From assembly GCF_006345805.1 (NCBI RefSeq), contig NW_021835991.1, positions 62,001 through 126,000 on the forward strand: a stretch of 64,000 bases of DNA, read 5' to 3'. Of the stretch, positions 38,669 through 50,779 are shown piece by piece. How positions within the stretch are numbered: position 1 is the first letter of the stretch; every line of letters starts with the position of its first letter. Source of the stretch: Octopus sinensis (lineage: Eukaryota). Position numbers and translations under genes: made by a program. Under the pieces are notes generated by a model. The model worked only from the letters and a program-made list of their open reading frames with translations. It did not search any database and was not told where the DNA came from.

Positions 38669-40025
38669 AGCTTAGCTGTAATTATAAATTAGATACATTA
38701 TGTCCAATTTAAATTCATATTTCGATCCCTGCACGCCCATCTTTTTATTCATCCTTTTATAATAAGCAGAATTTAGGTCTACCCGAGGAAAATCAAATTT
38801 GTAATCGCTTTTGGTAAAATTATAAAGATAACACCTACGGAAAGATAAAAACACAAATTTACCTGTGGATGAGTGAGGAGTTTGATTGTATAAAATGTGC
38901 TTTATCCACTCTTTCTTGTCAGCCAAAGCCATGACAGCTGTCATTGATATCGTTTTCTGGATACGTAAAGTGTAAAAATTCTTCTTTTTATGAGATTTGA
39001 GATCTTGAATTGATCTTTAATTTGTTCCAAATTTTTTAATGGTCTACCTTAGTAGGTTCTTCTATGCTTTTTTCCTATTTGCCATGCTGAAAACATTTGA
39101 TATTGTATCCACTGACACTTTTTTCAAGATACGCAAGCTATCCGTGTGGCCGGAGGTTAACACTTTAACTCTTTAATAGTGTTTAATTGCTAAAAAAATA
39201 ACAAAATAAGACTCCGTTTTTCAGCGTTAATTTTTTATTTACTTCACTATAAAATACACCGGTTTAGTCAGCATTATAAACATTTTCAAAGCGATATACA
39301 TTTATTTTTGAAAAAATAAAAAAAATCTTCTTTGATCTTATCCGGAATAATTCCCAATTCAACATGAAAAATTCTTAATTTTAAATTATGCCTTTTTAGG
39401 ACTTTTCAAGCTATCTTTATTGGATTTGAATTCAGAGAGACAGTTTAAAGCAGTAAATTCAGTTTCTTTCAATAAAATTATTTCATCATTGAAACAAACA
39501 CCAATAGACTAATCTATCCAGGTAATTATTTCAAATTTATTTGATGAATATCAAAGTATCGAAAAACGAAAACTTCTACAATAAATTGGATTAATTCCAA
39601 GAATCTTCTGTTTGTTTAATTTAAGATTGTTAATTGCAAACCTCGAAATTGATTTTTTAAAACGCGACGAAAAAATTTCTAAAACACGACTTAAACTTAA
39701 AGAAGAGTTATCAACAAGATAATTAAAAATTTCAACTTTTTAAACACAAGATAATCTACAGAATTTCGTCTTACAAAAAAGAAATGCAATATGAATATTT
39801 GAAAAACATTTTTAAACATGGCAAGTGAGAAAATTTGGGCAAGAAAAAGAATTTGTACGTAAAAATGCCATTTTTTACCAAAAAAGGAGAATTATAGAAA
39901 CAACGAGCAATCGATGATAAACTCAATTCAAATTTAATTATGAGACACGGTCACTACAGTCCTGAATTTAGCGGTAAAAAAAAGAAAGAAAATTAAATTT
40001 AAATCTCAAAAGCATGTTCATATAA

Positions 40026-40662
40026 TCATCTATTACCTCCGGGATACTGAGGATTATTTGGAGTATAATTAACAGTAAAATTATACTAAAAATTGTCCCA
40101 AATCACTTCCACCTGAGAAGGATTCATTGCCATTCTTTTTGATGGAGTCGATTCGTTAGTTGAGGGGTACCCTGCCTGGTTGGGCATTCCATGAGGCTGG
40201 CCAATCAGGTTGTGGATTGCGTATGGATTGCTTGCAAGGGATTGTTCTGATGTCATCACCACAGGCATCAAAATTGAGTTGGCAGGACCCCGGATTGGTG
40301 CAGTTGAAGCTATTTAAATATTTAAAATAAATATTTATAATATAATTTAATATATAATACAATTATTTGAAAATGTTGCCTGAGCTTGTAGTTGATAGTA
40401 TTGGTTGAGGTAATGCCGACGCTCACGTGTGTGGCCTGTTACTGCCTTTGATGCCCCAAGTTTAGCCCGCCAAGACTATAAGCGGGAAATAAATGAGAAT
40501 TTATGCCTGATCGAGTTCAACAAGGATCTGTTCGTCAAGACCTTCGTTGATGAAGAGATCTTTGACATTTGTGAGGACATTGCTAATTACTGATTGGTAG
40601 AAGTGAAGCTATTTAATAGAAAGAAAAAAAGAGCAACATACAACTGGATTAGAGCCCGACAT
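40026..40662 (-). CDS. GTF2A1: TFIIA large subunit alpha part, copy 2
   Basis: Same exon structure as 14162-14798, including the GC-AG intron. Confidence 0.75.
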
Positions 40663-41009
40663 CGCAATTCACTGCTTATATAACGACGATCGAAATTAAT
40701 AAAATCTATTTAATAGGTTAACCAGACTATAAACTAAATATATATTAATAAATTACACAATTGTTGATATAAATAAACAAATGAAAAAACTTAAATAAGA
40801 TAAATTTATAAATAAATGTAAAATACGATAAAAAATATATGCATCCAGATTTACTATATATTCTTAAAGACTAAAGAAAATAAATAAAAATATAATCTTT
40901 ATTTAAAAGTAATATATTAATTAAATATAATATTAATTAGAATAAATAATAAAATTTATATCTTCCCTGCGTTGTGGTTCATTTCCTTTGAGATTAAATC
41001 TTTTCGAAA

Positions 41010-41785
41010 ATGCATTTGGATGATCTGCCAGATTATATGTCCGACGATATATTCACTAAATGGTTAATTAAATCAAACATAATTTCTTAGCGACAACATA
41101 AAGCCAGGATTACTAACAAGATCAGGCCGTATGAAGCTAGAAATATATCAAAAAACAGAACTATCTAACCAAAACAACCAAAAAATCCATCAATCCAAAC
41201 GTTCACTACAAGATCAAAGACTAAATGAAGGACTAAACCAACCCCTACCACCAGAAAACGTGGGATTCAAACTCCTTTGCAAAATGGGGTACCAACCTGG
41301 GAAGGGACTTGGCCTAACAAAGGGAATTGTGGAGCCACTGCCAGTAGAAATCCCCCAAGGCAAGTCTGGCGTGGGATTTGCCACAGAAAATAAATTAAAA
41401 TTAAAAAATAAACTCAAAAATAAGCTTATAAACAACCAAAGAATTAAAAATGAATTTTCAAATCATCAAAAACAGCGAAATTTTCAATCAATTTTATTAA
41501 AACGTTTTTTAAGTGCGCAAAAAAGTTGTGAAAATCTTGATCTGTCGGCGGGGGTTGAGAGGCCTGTTTGGGACTATTTCTGGCCGGGTTGTCTGCCTCA
41601 GGATAATGAGGAGTTGGAGGGTCGGCTGGGGGAGATTGTGGGGTATCTCCGGTCGACTTATTTGTATTGTTTTTTGTGTGGAATTAGCTTTAATAGTAAG
41701 TTATTAATTTGTATTTTTTGTAGATTTTGATGATATGATGGAGAATTGTCCAGGCGATGTTGATAAGCATACTGATTGGGATTGA
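41010..41785 (+). CDS. GPATCH11: G-patch domain protein 11, copy 2
   Basis: Intact spliced ORF nearly identical to copy 1. Confidence 0.9.
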
Positions 41786-41932
41786 TTTATATTTTTAATA
41801 TATTTTTGTCATTATTTGTAGTTTTTATTAGTTTTTTACTTACATATAGTGGACAAAAATATGGTACCACATCGCGCTAGTATATAATCAAAGAATTTAT
41901 TGTTATTTTAATAATTAAATAATATTAATAAA

Positions 41933-43678
41933 TTAATTATTTATATTATATTTAAAATAATGGAAATGTGCGTCAATAGTCTCGAATATTGTGAGAGCAT
42001 CTTGTTCTCCGTTAACCCAAACCTCAACTTGTTTATAATAATTCTACAAAATATATTTAATCATACTTTTAAATCATTTTCATTATTTCTATAATATAAA
42101 ATTTTTTTATTTATTTCATTTTTTGAATTTTTGGGATTATAAATCAATCTTTTTGAAATTTTTACAGATTCAGGTTGATGTGTGGACAAATTATAATTCT
42201 TCCCAGTGACCGGATCTGTCCTCTTTGATGTCCCCCTCTCCATCACCGTCTCATCGGTAACTTCAAAGAAGAAAACCCTTTGATCCCCTCAATCAAAAAT
42301 CCTTACTTATACGGATTTATACTCGAATCATTAAGCAAACGCGCCTCATTTTCTGTTTCGGGAAAATTATAAATAATCCATCCTTTCATCAAACAGTCAC
42401 GTTTATTCAAACGATCCACAAGACAACGAACCTTCAAAGAAGAGGGGACTTGACTGCTTTACACACAATTTACTTGGAGTCCCATCTTGGTAGTACTCAC
42501 TCATGAGTTCTCCAAGGGCGGTCTTCCCTTTGATCTCTTGTAAAATCAATAAATTTACAGAAACTAATTAAAATGATTTAAAAATAAAAAATTACTTTTT
42601 ACAAGTCCATATCGTTTAGATAGCATGTCCCCGATTGTTGATTTCCGACTGCATGTGGGTCCGATAAGGACAATTTTTGGTACACGGGGAGCAGGGCTTA
42701 GTTGTTGCCAATTTATATAGCAAAATACTAAAAAGTTTAGAAGGTTGATTGCCTTCTTGGAGGACATCTTGGAAGGGTTGGTTGGAGTTTATCCTTTTAA
42801 AAGACCGACAGGATGATTCGAATTGAGTTTTATTACGGTGATATTCGACTAGGGAGTTCAGTAGTTCCTCATTTTTATATTTTAAAGGATGTTCAAGTCC
42901 TTCAATGTCCTCAAGTGGAGGGTCGTACAACAAGTTATATGTTTCTAAGATTTTATATAAAAATAAATATAATTAAAAAATAGTATTTAAAAAAGTAATT
43001 AATTAAACTTCCTGTCGAATTGTCATATCTAGTATTCTCAGCACGTGTAATAAGAAATCCATCCTCTTGTGTAGTAAGGTGGACTATAAATTAAATTCAA
43101 GTCAATTTTTACCGACATGAGTAGGAAAGACTCCAATTGACTGAATGTCCTGAAGGACTGTCTTGCAGTCAAGGACCCCATCAATGACCCACCCACGAAT
43201 TCTGCAATCAAATTGGTCAGTTCGATCAGAAATCATTTTTGCTATCAATTCTAATGGCACAGACTAAAAATAGTAAAATCTAACCAAACCTCATTATTAG
43301 TCACGTATTTGCTGATTATTTCTCTTGTTTTGTAATTAGCGTCATCTATGAGGGACTTTTCGGTGATTAAAACTAAATTTAGTTCCTTATGAAGTCTTTG
43401 GGCTAATGAGGACTTTCCAGATGCTGGAGGACCAAATAAAACGACGCGGAGAGCTTGGGGTTAAGACAGTGATTACTATCAGGTTTAATGTAGTCGATTT
43501 GATTGAGTAAAAAGTCAACTGGATTGTCTGGTTTGTTTATTATTAAGCTCTGCATCATTGCCTGGGTGTATTTAATGGTTATATAAACTTCAAAAAAGTC
43601 AAATAATTTGTTTTTTTCTGCATATTCTATAAATTCTTTTGGTATTTGTAATGGTCGAGAACATTGATCCATAGACAT
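41933..43678 (-). CDS. AK8: Adenylate kinase 8-like (two AK domains), copy 2
   Basis: MSMDQCSRPLQIPKEFIEYAEKNKLFDFFE/AMMQSLIINKPDNPVDFL (AK8-like N-terminus), LRVVLFGPPASGKS, second domain PKIVLIGPTCSRKS, GWIIYNFP, lid RTDPVTGKNY and VNGEQD. Multiple 23-30 nt introns. Confidence 0.85.
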
Positions 43679-44147
43679 TAATTTTTTAGTCTCTTAGCAA
43701 TATTATTCTATTAATATTAATTTTTTATCATTAGTAAAATATGATTAAAAAGTTGATTTTTGAATCTTTCTACGAACAAAACGTCCTAATAAATCTAACT
43801 TTCTATCTCTAGGGTCAGAGAAGTATTTAACAATTTAAATAAGTCTTTGTTTGAATTCATAAAACATGCTTTCTAATTTATTGATAAGATAAACTTAACT
43901 ATATATGCTGCTTAAACAAATTTATTGCATTCTACCAAATCTATTAAACGTGATTATTTTCATATTAAACTTGAAATAACATTTTTGAAAATTTACAGCA
44001 AATTTGATATACAGTGACATAGGACGATACAGCCAGTAATATTTGCTAAAACTATTGTTAATCAAGATTGGTTTCTGATATTATAAATAATTTTTTAATG
44101 ATTTGTTGTGTTGGCTATTTATGATTAAGTTTTTTGAATAAATATTA

Positions 44148-44161
44148 GTTTCCATAGTATC
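44148..44161 (+). promoter_or_regulatory. Candidate RFX X-box upstream of IFT20
   Basis: GTTTCCATAGTATC matches 13/14 positions of RYYNYY-WW-RRNRAC and lies 11 nt before the IFT20 ATG. Confidence 0.5.
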
Positions 44162-44172
44162 AATAAGCGAAC

Positions 44173-44667
44173 ATGATTTCACAAATTACAAAAGATTTGA
44201 TGGAAAAAACAGGACTCAACTTTGATGAATTCGGTCAAATTCGAGTAATTGATTCTCAACTAACCACTAATTCCGAAGATCTAAAAAACTTGTGTTCTGA
44301 ATTCACTGATGGTATGTGTTTGTATATTAATTCTGTAGCAGTAAAAGACTTTAAAGTGAGCGCAGTTGAATATATTGAATTATTTCAAAAACTTTCGAAA
44401 GCAATAGAGAAAACTAAATCTAAGGTTTGGGAGAAATATTAATGGACATTAAAGGTAAATGAAAAAAAGAATATTTTAAAATCTTTTGAAAAAAATAAAA
44501 AAATTCGAGCTCAAAAAAATATTGAGAAAATTGAAGAGCAAAAAACAATTCTTGATCGGTGACTATCAATTTTTATGTATTTCAGACTTAAACTTGAAAT
44601 GAATTATCTCAACAAATTAGAAGATACACAAAATGATTTTTTAAATGAACTACTTAAACATTATTAA
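44173..44667 (+). CDS. IFT20: Intraflagellar transport protein 20
   Basis: KDLMEKTGLNFDEFGQIRVID matches the IFT20 GLHFDELNKLRVLD motif. Three 27-30 nt introns restore ...KLEMNYLNKLEDTQNDFLNELLKHY*. Confidence 0.9.
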
Positions 44668-45270
44668 TAAAAAATTTATTTTTTGTTCGTTAATAGAGAG
44701 ATGAGAAAAAGGAAAAATAAATGGATCTTGCGAGGAATATCTTACCATTGTAAGAGCAATTTCTGACTGTAGTTAAAATAAAGATTTACTTAATAAAAAT
44801 AATTTTTATTCAAAAATTAACTCAAAAAATAGCTAGTTTGTATATTGATGCTCACCGATCCAGTCTTTCTAACATTTACTCAGAAGTGATGCTAGATAAC
44901 ATCTTGTGGAAGTCTACAAAGCCATAGAAGAAAAAGAAGCTATATAGAGTGCCCTATTTTGTTTACTCCAAAAATTTTGGAATGATTGGTCTTGGACGAA
45001 TATTTTTGATTTATAGATTAGAATAATACAAAAAATGGGGGTTACAATTCCTGGGGTTTACTTACTTAATGACTAAAATTTAAAAGAAAATATTGATACA
45101 ATCAAGATGAGAAGATTACTTAAAATTAGTATAATAAAGCAATGATATATATTAACTGCATCTTATTCCTAAATTAATGATGTATAACTTTATAATTTTG
45201 TACTTATTAACTCTAAAAACGCAAGATCCAAATGATCTTAAAAAACTAAAAACGTAATCAAAAAAATAAG

Positions 45271-45594
45271 ATGTCTATTTATAATTTGGGAAAAATTTTA
45301 GTTGTTATGGTTTTGTGCATGTCCGTTCCTAATGATATGAGGAAATCGATTCCTAGGGGCCTTTCTGCGAAATTGAAGGATAGAAGTAGCATAATAGGTG
45401 CAGGAGTGTCGTATCTAAGATTGGATAACAGCACAAGGACTAGTATTTATGACAATCCAATTGCTGGGAATACTACTATCCCAACTAACTTGCATTCCCT
45501 TTCGGCCATTATCCATTATGCTATTTGTGTTTCTGAAACTGAGATTGTTTATGCCACGAAGCAAAGAATTGGGAGGATACCAAGAGGTGGATAG
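45271..45594 (+). CDS. Unidentified ORF with hydrophobic N-terminus (PTNLHSL family), copy A
   Basis: Duplicated at 61890; carries a 12-nt deletion and an earlier TAG relative to copy B. Confidence 0.4.
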   Translation: MSIYNLGKILVVMVLCMSVPNDMRKSIPRGLSAKLKDRSSIIGAGVSYLRLDNSTRTSIYDNPIAGNTTIPTNLHSLSAIIHYAICVSETEIVYATKQRIGRIPRGG

Positions 45595-46189
45595 AACTTT
45601 ATCCGTGAGAAGTTTAATTCAAAATTCTCGAATAGTGAGAGAATAAACGAGATTTATCACCAAGTGGTGTGTATTCATTTTTTGAGATAATTTTTTTGGT
45701 TGTTCAATAAGACGGGAAATATTTGTATGCATTTTTTTGGAGTTGATGTTTTATAATTATTCAATTAGACGGGAAATATTTATATGCATTTTTTGTAGTT
45801 TATTTTTATAATTATTCAATGTCGTAGGTATGGAATTAAACGAAGCAGGAAATTGATGCCAAATTGGGAAAGTAATTACAATGGGAAGGAACGTTCGGAA
45901 ATTTGTTGCTTCTTTGGTGGAAACTTGTTGCTTTTGAAAGCAGCGGGGTAATAGAATGGAACTTAAATACCTATTCTATACTAATTGATCGGGTTACATC
46001 TAAATTATCCAAAAATTGTCCTCCTTCCTATAAAAAGTCTCTTAATCGAACAAACTGGGAGGAAATTGCTTTTGATAATGTCGACTCAAAATGTCGAAAT
46101 CAGAGTTGACACGTCAATTATAACTGAAACGAAAGTCCAATTTAATTAGATAATTTAAAATTTGAAATATTAGTAAATATATTATTCAA

Positions 46190-46700
46190 TATAACAAGCC
46201 GGACATTTTTCTATACGACAAAAAATTAAACCAGATATGGCTAATAGAGATTGGAGTGACGTGTGTGAATAATTTTTGGTTATTACGTTTGAAGGAATAA
46301 CATCCAGATTCTATAAACACTACCAAAATTCCCTACAAGTCCAGTCCCTTCAGACAATCGTAATCAAGAAAACATTGAAGAGCATGCTTGAGGAAAACAA
46401 GAATTCTGCGGGTCATTAATGCAAAGAAAACACATATGGCCACTATCGCAGAATTTTTATTTGAAAATACAATAAAAAGTTGAAAAAATTAAAAAAACGA
46501 TTCAGTCCAATCTGTTACTAACAATGAATTTGTGAAAATCCGAGTCGATACAAACCTCCTGACTAATAATGCTATCCCGAATAAGGAGGCAGACATATTT
46601 GTTCATGACAAATCGAGCAACACAATTACTTTTATCGAGGTGGGGATCACTTCACAAAATTGTCCCAAGCAGGTCAAAGTGGAAAAGTTCCATTGTAAAT
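46190..46700 (+). pseudogene. R4/NeSL-like REL endonuclease remnants (second copy 62820-63330)
   Basis: NKPDIFLYDKKLNQIWLIEIGVT and IRVDT...EADIFVHDKSSNTITFIEVGITSQ...VEK. Confidence 0.7.
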
Positions 46701-46789
46701 AATAAAACACTAAGTTGTGTGTCTGTCTGTCTGTCTGTCCGTGTACACTTATATATCTAAAAAAGGAAATGTGTAAGATAAAGAAGATG

Positions 46790-49700
46790 AATTCAAACTC
46801 TTCAAAGAGATCGGTCCCTTAGGAACATGAAATCAATAAAGAGGTTAAATATGATGAGATAATGAAGGTGATTCGACCTCTTCACGAGATCGGTCCCTTA
46901 GGAACATGAAATCAATAAAGAGCTTAAAAAAGATATTCATGAGATAATGAAGGTGATTTGACCTCATGATGAGGTCCCCCAAAACCTTCAAGCCAAAAAT
47001 TAAAAAAAATTATTTTCTGCGTTTTTGTTAAAATGAACAACAAGAAAGTCCTCGACTCACATGATGAGGTCCCCCAAAACCTTCAAGCCAAAAAATTAAA
47101 AAAAATTATTTTCAGGTGATTCGACCTCTTCACGAGATCGGTCCCTTAGGAACATTAAATCAATAAAGAGCTTAAATAGGATATTCATGAGATAATGAGG
47201 TGATTCGACCTCTTCACGAGATCGGTCCCTTAGGAACATTAAATCAATAAAAAGCTTAAATAGGATATTCATGAGATAATGAAGGTGATTCGACCTCTTC
47301 ACGAGATCGGTCCCTTAGGAACATTAAATCAATAAAGAGCTTAAATAGGATATTTCATGAGATAATGAAGGTGATTCGACCTCTTCACGAGATCGGTCCC
47401 TTAGGAACATTAAATCAATAAAGAGCTTAAATAGGATATTTCATGAGATAATGAAGGTGATTCGACCTCATGATGAGGTCCCCCAAAACCTTCAAGTCAA
47501 AAAATTAAAAAAAATTTATTTTCTGCGTTTTTGTTAAAATGAACAAGAAAGTCCTCGACTCACATGATGAGGTCCCCCAAAACCTTCAAGCCAAAAAATT
47601 AAAAAAAATTATTTTCAGGTGATTCGACCTTTCCACGAGATTGGTCCCTTAGGAACATTAAATCAATAAAAAGCTTAAATAGGATATTCATGAGATAATG
47701 AAGGTGATTCGACCTTTCCACGAGATCGGTCCCTTAGGAACATTAAATCAATAAAGAGCTTAAATAGGATATTCATGAGATAATGAAGGTGATTCGACCT
47801 CTTCACGAGATCGGTCCCTTAGGAACATTAAATCAATAAAGAGCTTAAATAGGATATTTCATGAGATAATGAAGGTGATTCGACCTCTTCACGAGATCGG
47901 TCCCTTAGGAACATTAAATCAATAAAGAGCTTAAATAGGATATTTCATGAGATAATGAAGGTGATTCGACCTCATGATGAGGTCCCCCAAAACCTTCAAG
48001 TCAAAAAATTAAAAAAATTTATTTTCTGCGTTTTTGTTAAAATGAACAACAAGAAAGTCCTCGACTCACATGATGAGGTCCCCCAAAACCTTCAAGCCAA
48101 AAAATTAAAAAAAATTATTTTCAGGTGATTCGACCTTTCCACGAGATTGGTCCCTTAGGAACATTAAATCAATAAAAAGCTTAAATAGGATATTCATGAG
48201 ATAATGAAGGTGATTCGACCTTTCCACGAGATCGGTCCCTTAGGAACATTAAATCAATAAAGAGCTTAAATAGGATATTCATGAGATAATGAAGGTGATT
48301 CGACCTCTTCACGAGATCGGTCCCTTAGGAACATTAAATCAATAAAGAGCTTAAATAGGATATTTCATGAGATAATGAAGGTGATTCGACCTCATGATGA
48401 GGTCCCCCAAAACCTTCAAGTCAAAAAATTAAAAAAATTTATTTTCTGCGTTTTTGTTAAAATGAACAACAAGAAAGTCCTCGACTCACATGATGAGGTC
48501 CCCCAAAACCTTCAAGCCAAAAAATTAAAAAAAATTATTTTCAGGTGATTCGACCTCTTCACGAGATCGGTCCCTTAGGAACATTAAATCAATAAAGAGC
48601 TTAAATAGGATATTCATGAGATAATGAAGGTGATTCGACCTCTTCACGAGATCGGTCCCTTAGGAACATGAAATCAATAAAGAGCTTAAAAAAGATATTC
48701 ATGAGATAATGAAGGTGATTCGACCTCTTCACGAGATCGGTCCCTTAGGAACATTAAATCAATAAAGAGCTTAAATAGGATATTTCATGAGATAATGAAG
48801 GCGATTCGACCTCTTCACGAGATCGGTCCCTTAGGAACATTAAATCAATAAAGAGCTTAAATAGGATATTTCATGAGATAATGAAGGTGATTCGACCTCA
48901 TGATGAGGTCCCCCAAAACCTTCAAGTCAAAAAATTAAAAAAAATTTATTTTCTGCGTTTTTGTTAAAATGAACAACAAGAAAGTCCTCGACTCACATGA
49001 TGAGGTCCCCCAAAACCTTCAAGCCAAAAAATTAAAAAAATTATTTTCAGGTGATTCGACCTTTCCACGAGATTGGTCCCTTAGGAACATTAAATCAATA
49101 AAAAGCTTAAATAGGATATTCATGAGATAATGAAGGTGATTCGACCTTTCCACGAGATCGGTCCCTTAGGAACATTAAATCAATAAAGAGCTTAAATAGG
49201 ATATTCATGAGATAATGAAGGTGATTCGACCTCTTCACGAGATCGGTCCCTTAGGAACATTAAATCAATAAAGAGCTTAAATAGGATATTTCATGAGATA
49301 ATGAAGGTGATTCGACCTCATGATGAGGTCCCCCAAAACCTTCAAGTCAAAAATTAAAAAAATTTATTTTCTGCGTTTTTGTTAAAATGAACAACAAGAA
49401 AGTCCTCGACTCACATGATGAGGTCCCCCAAAACCTTCAAGCCAAAAAATTAAAAAAAATTATTTTCAGGTGATTCGACCTCTTCACGAGATCGGTCCCT
49501 TAGGAACATTAAATCAATAAAGAGCTTAAATAGGATATTCATGAGATAATGAAGGTGATTCGACCTCTTCACGAGATCGGTCCCTTAGGAACATGAAATC
49601 AATAAAGAGCTTAAAAAAGATATTCATGAGATAATGAAGGTGATTTGACCTCATGATGAGGTCCCCCAAAACCTTCAAGCCAAAAAATTAAAAAAATTAT

Positions 49701-49995
49701 TTTCAGGTGATTCGACCTTTCCACGAGATTGGTCCCTTAGGAACATTAAATCAATAAAAAGCTTAAATAGGATATTCATGAGATAATGAAGGTGATTCGA
49801 CCTTTCCACGAGATCGGTCCCTTAGGAACATTAAATCAATAAAGAGCTTAAATAGGATATTCATGAGATAATGAAGGTGATTCGACCTCTTCACGAGATC
49901 GGTCCCTTAGGAACATTAAATCAATAAAGAGCTTAAATAGGATATTCATGAGATAATGAAGGTGATTCGACCTCTTCACGAGATCGGTCCCTTAG
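46790..49995. repeat. Higher-order satellite array 1 (85/86-bp A monomers, 6 long ~165-bp B blocks, 1 short B)
   Basis: A = GTGATTCGACCTCTTCACGAGATCGGTCCCTTAGGAACATTAAATCAATAAAGAGCTTAAATAGGATATT(T)CATGAGATAATGAAG; B contains CATGATGAGGTCCCCCAAAACCTTCAAG twice. Confidence 0.97.
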
Positions 49996-50779
49996 AAAAT
50001 TATAATTTTTAAAAAGTCAAAAAGATACTCATAATAATAATAATGTAAATGATTCGACCTTTTCGTTAGATCGGTTCCCTTAAGAAATCAAAATTTAAAA
50101 AAGGAAATTCGTGATTGATTTTAATGTTTTAAATTAGGAAGTTATTCACCGAACCTAATCTTTCCAAAATTAGAAAGTTTCACGTATAAATATCAATCTG
50201 AAATAAAATCCTACTTCCAGGCTAACTATTTTCATTGCTATCTGTGCGCGCATGCAAAATTAAGTAATGGTAATTAGTTAACAATTGTGCAAATTTGAAT
50301 TTTCAACATTACTCATTATAGATATCCACAAAAATAAATACCTCTCCCCCTTAACAGAACTTCAAACGATCAAAAATTTAACAATAACTAACGTTTTTGT
50401 CAATAAATTACTTTTTAACAATATTTCATTATTGAGGATGCTATCAGAGGATTAACTCTATTTCCCTTGAGATATAGAAGATATTAGTTGTTAATTATAG
50501 ATTGTTTCATTTGTAAGATGTTTAAATCAAAAGTGTTTGTAGAATCTGCCAACAACATCGCAAGTCGAAACTACAGTCACCAAATTCACTTTGAAATTGT
50601 TAATTAATCTTAATAAATTAAATGGATATACGGTCGTATTTATGTGAATTCTCAATCATCTATATAATTATGAAATAAATCTATATAATAAAACACTAAG
50701 TTGTGTGTCTGTCTGTCTGTCTGTCCGTGTACACTTATATATCTAAAAAAGGAAATGTGTAAGATAAAGAAGATGAATT

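Larger units (their letters stand above)
38955..44144. repeat. Segmental duplication, copy 2 (probably the ancestral locus)
   Basis: Matches 13180-18285 and continues directly into the IFT20 promoter and gene. Confidence 0.95.

Noticed and set aside
36136-38712. Numerous plus-strand ORFs
   Set aside because: Antisense shadows of the GC-richer CRE ORF; the same applies to 2222-2644 and to plus-strand ORFs over the LINE at 22.2-24.5 kb.
47096-47302. ORF with repeated HYLMNILFKLFIDLMFLRDRSREEVESP
   Set aside because: Chance frame through satellite monomers; other monomers (85/86 bp) break the frame.
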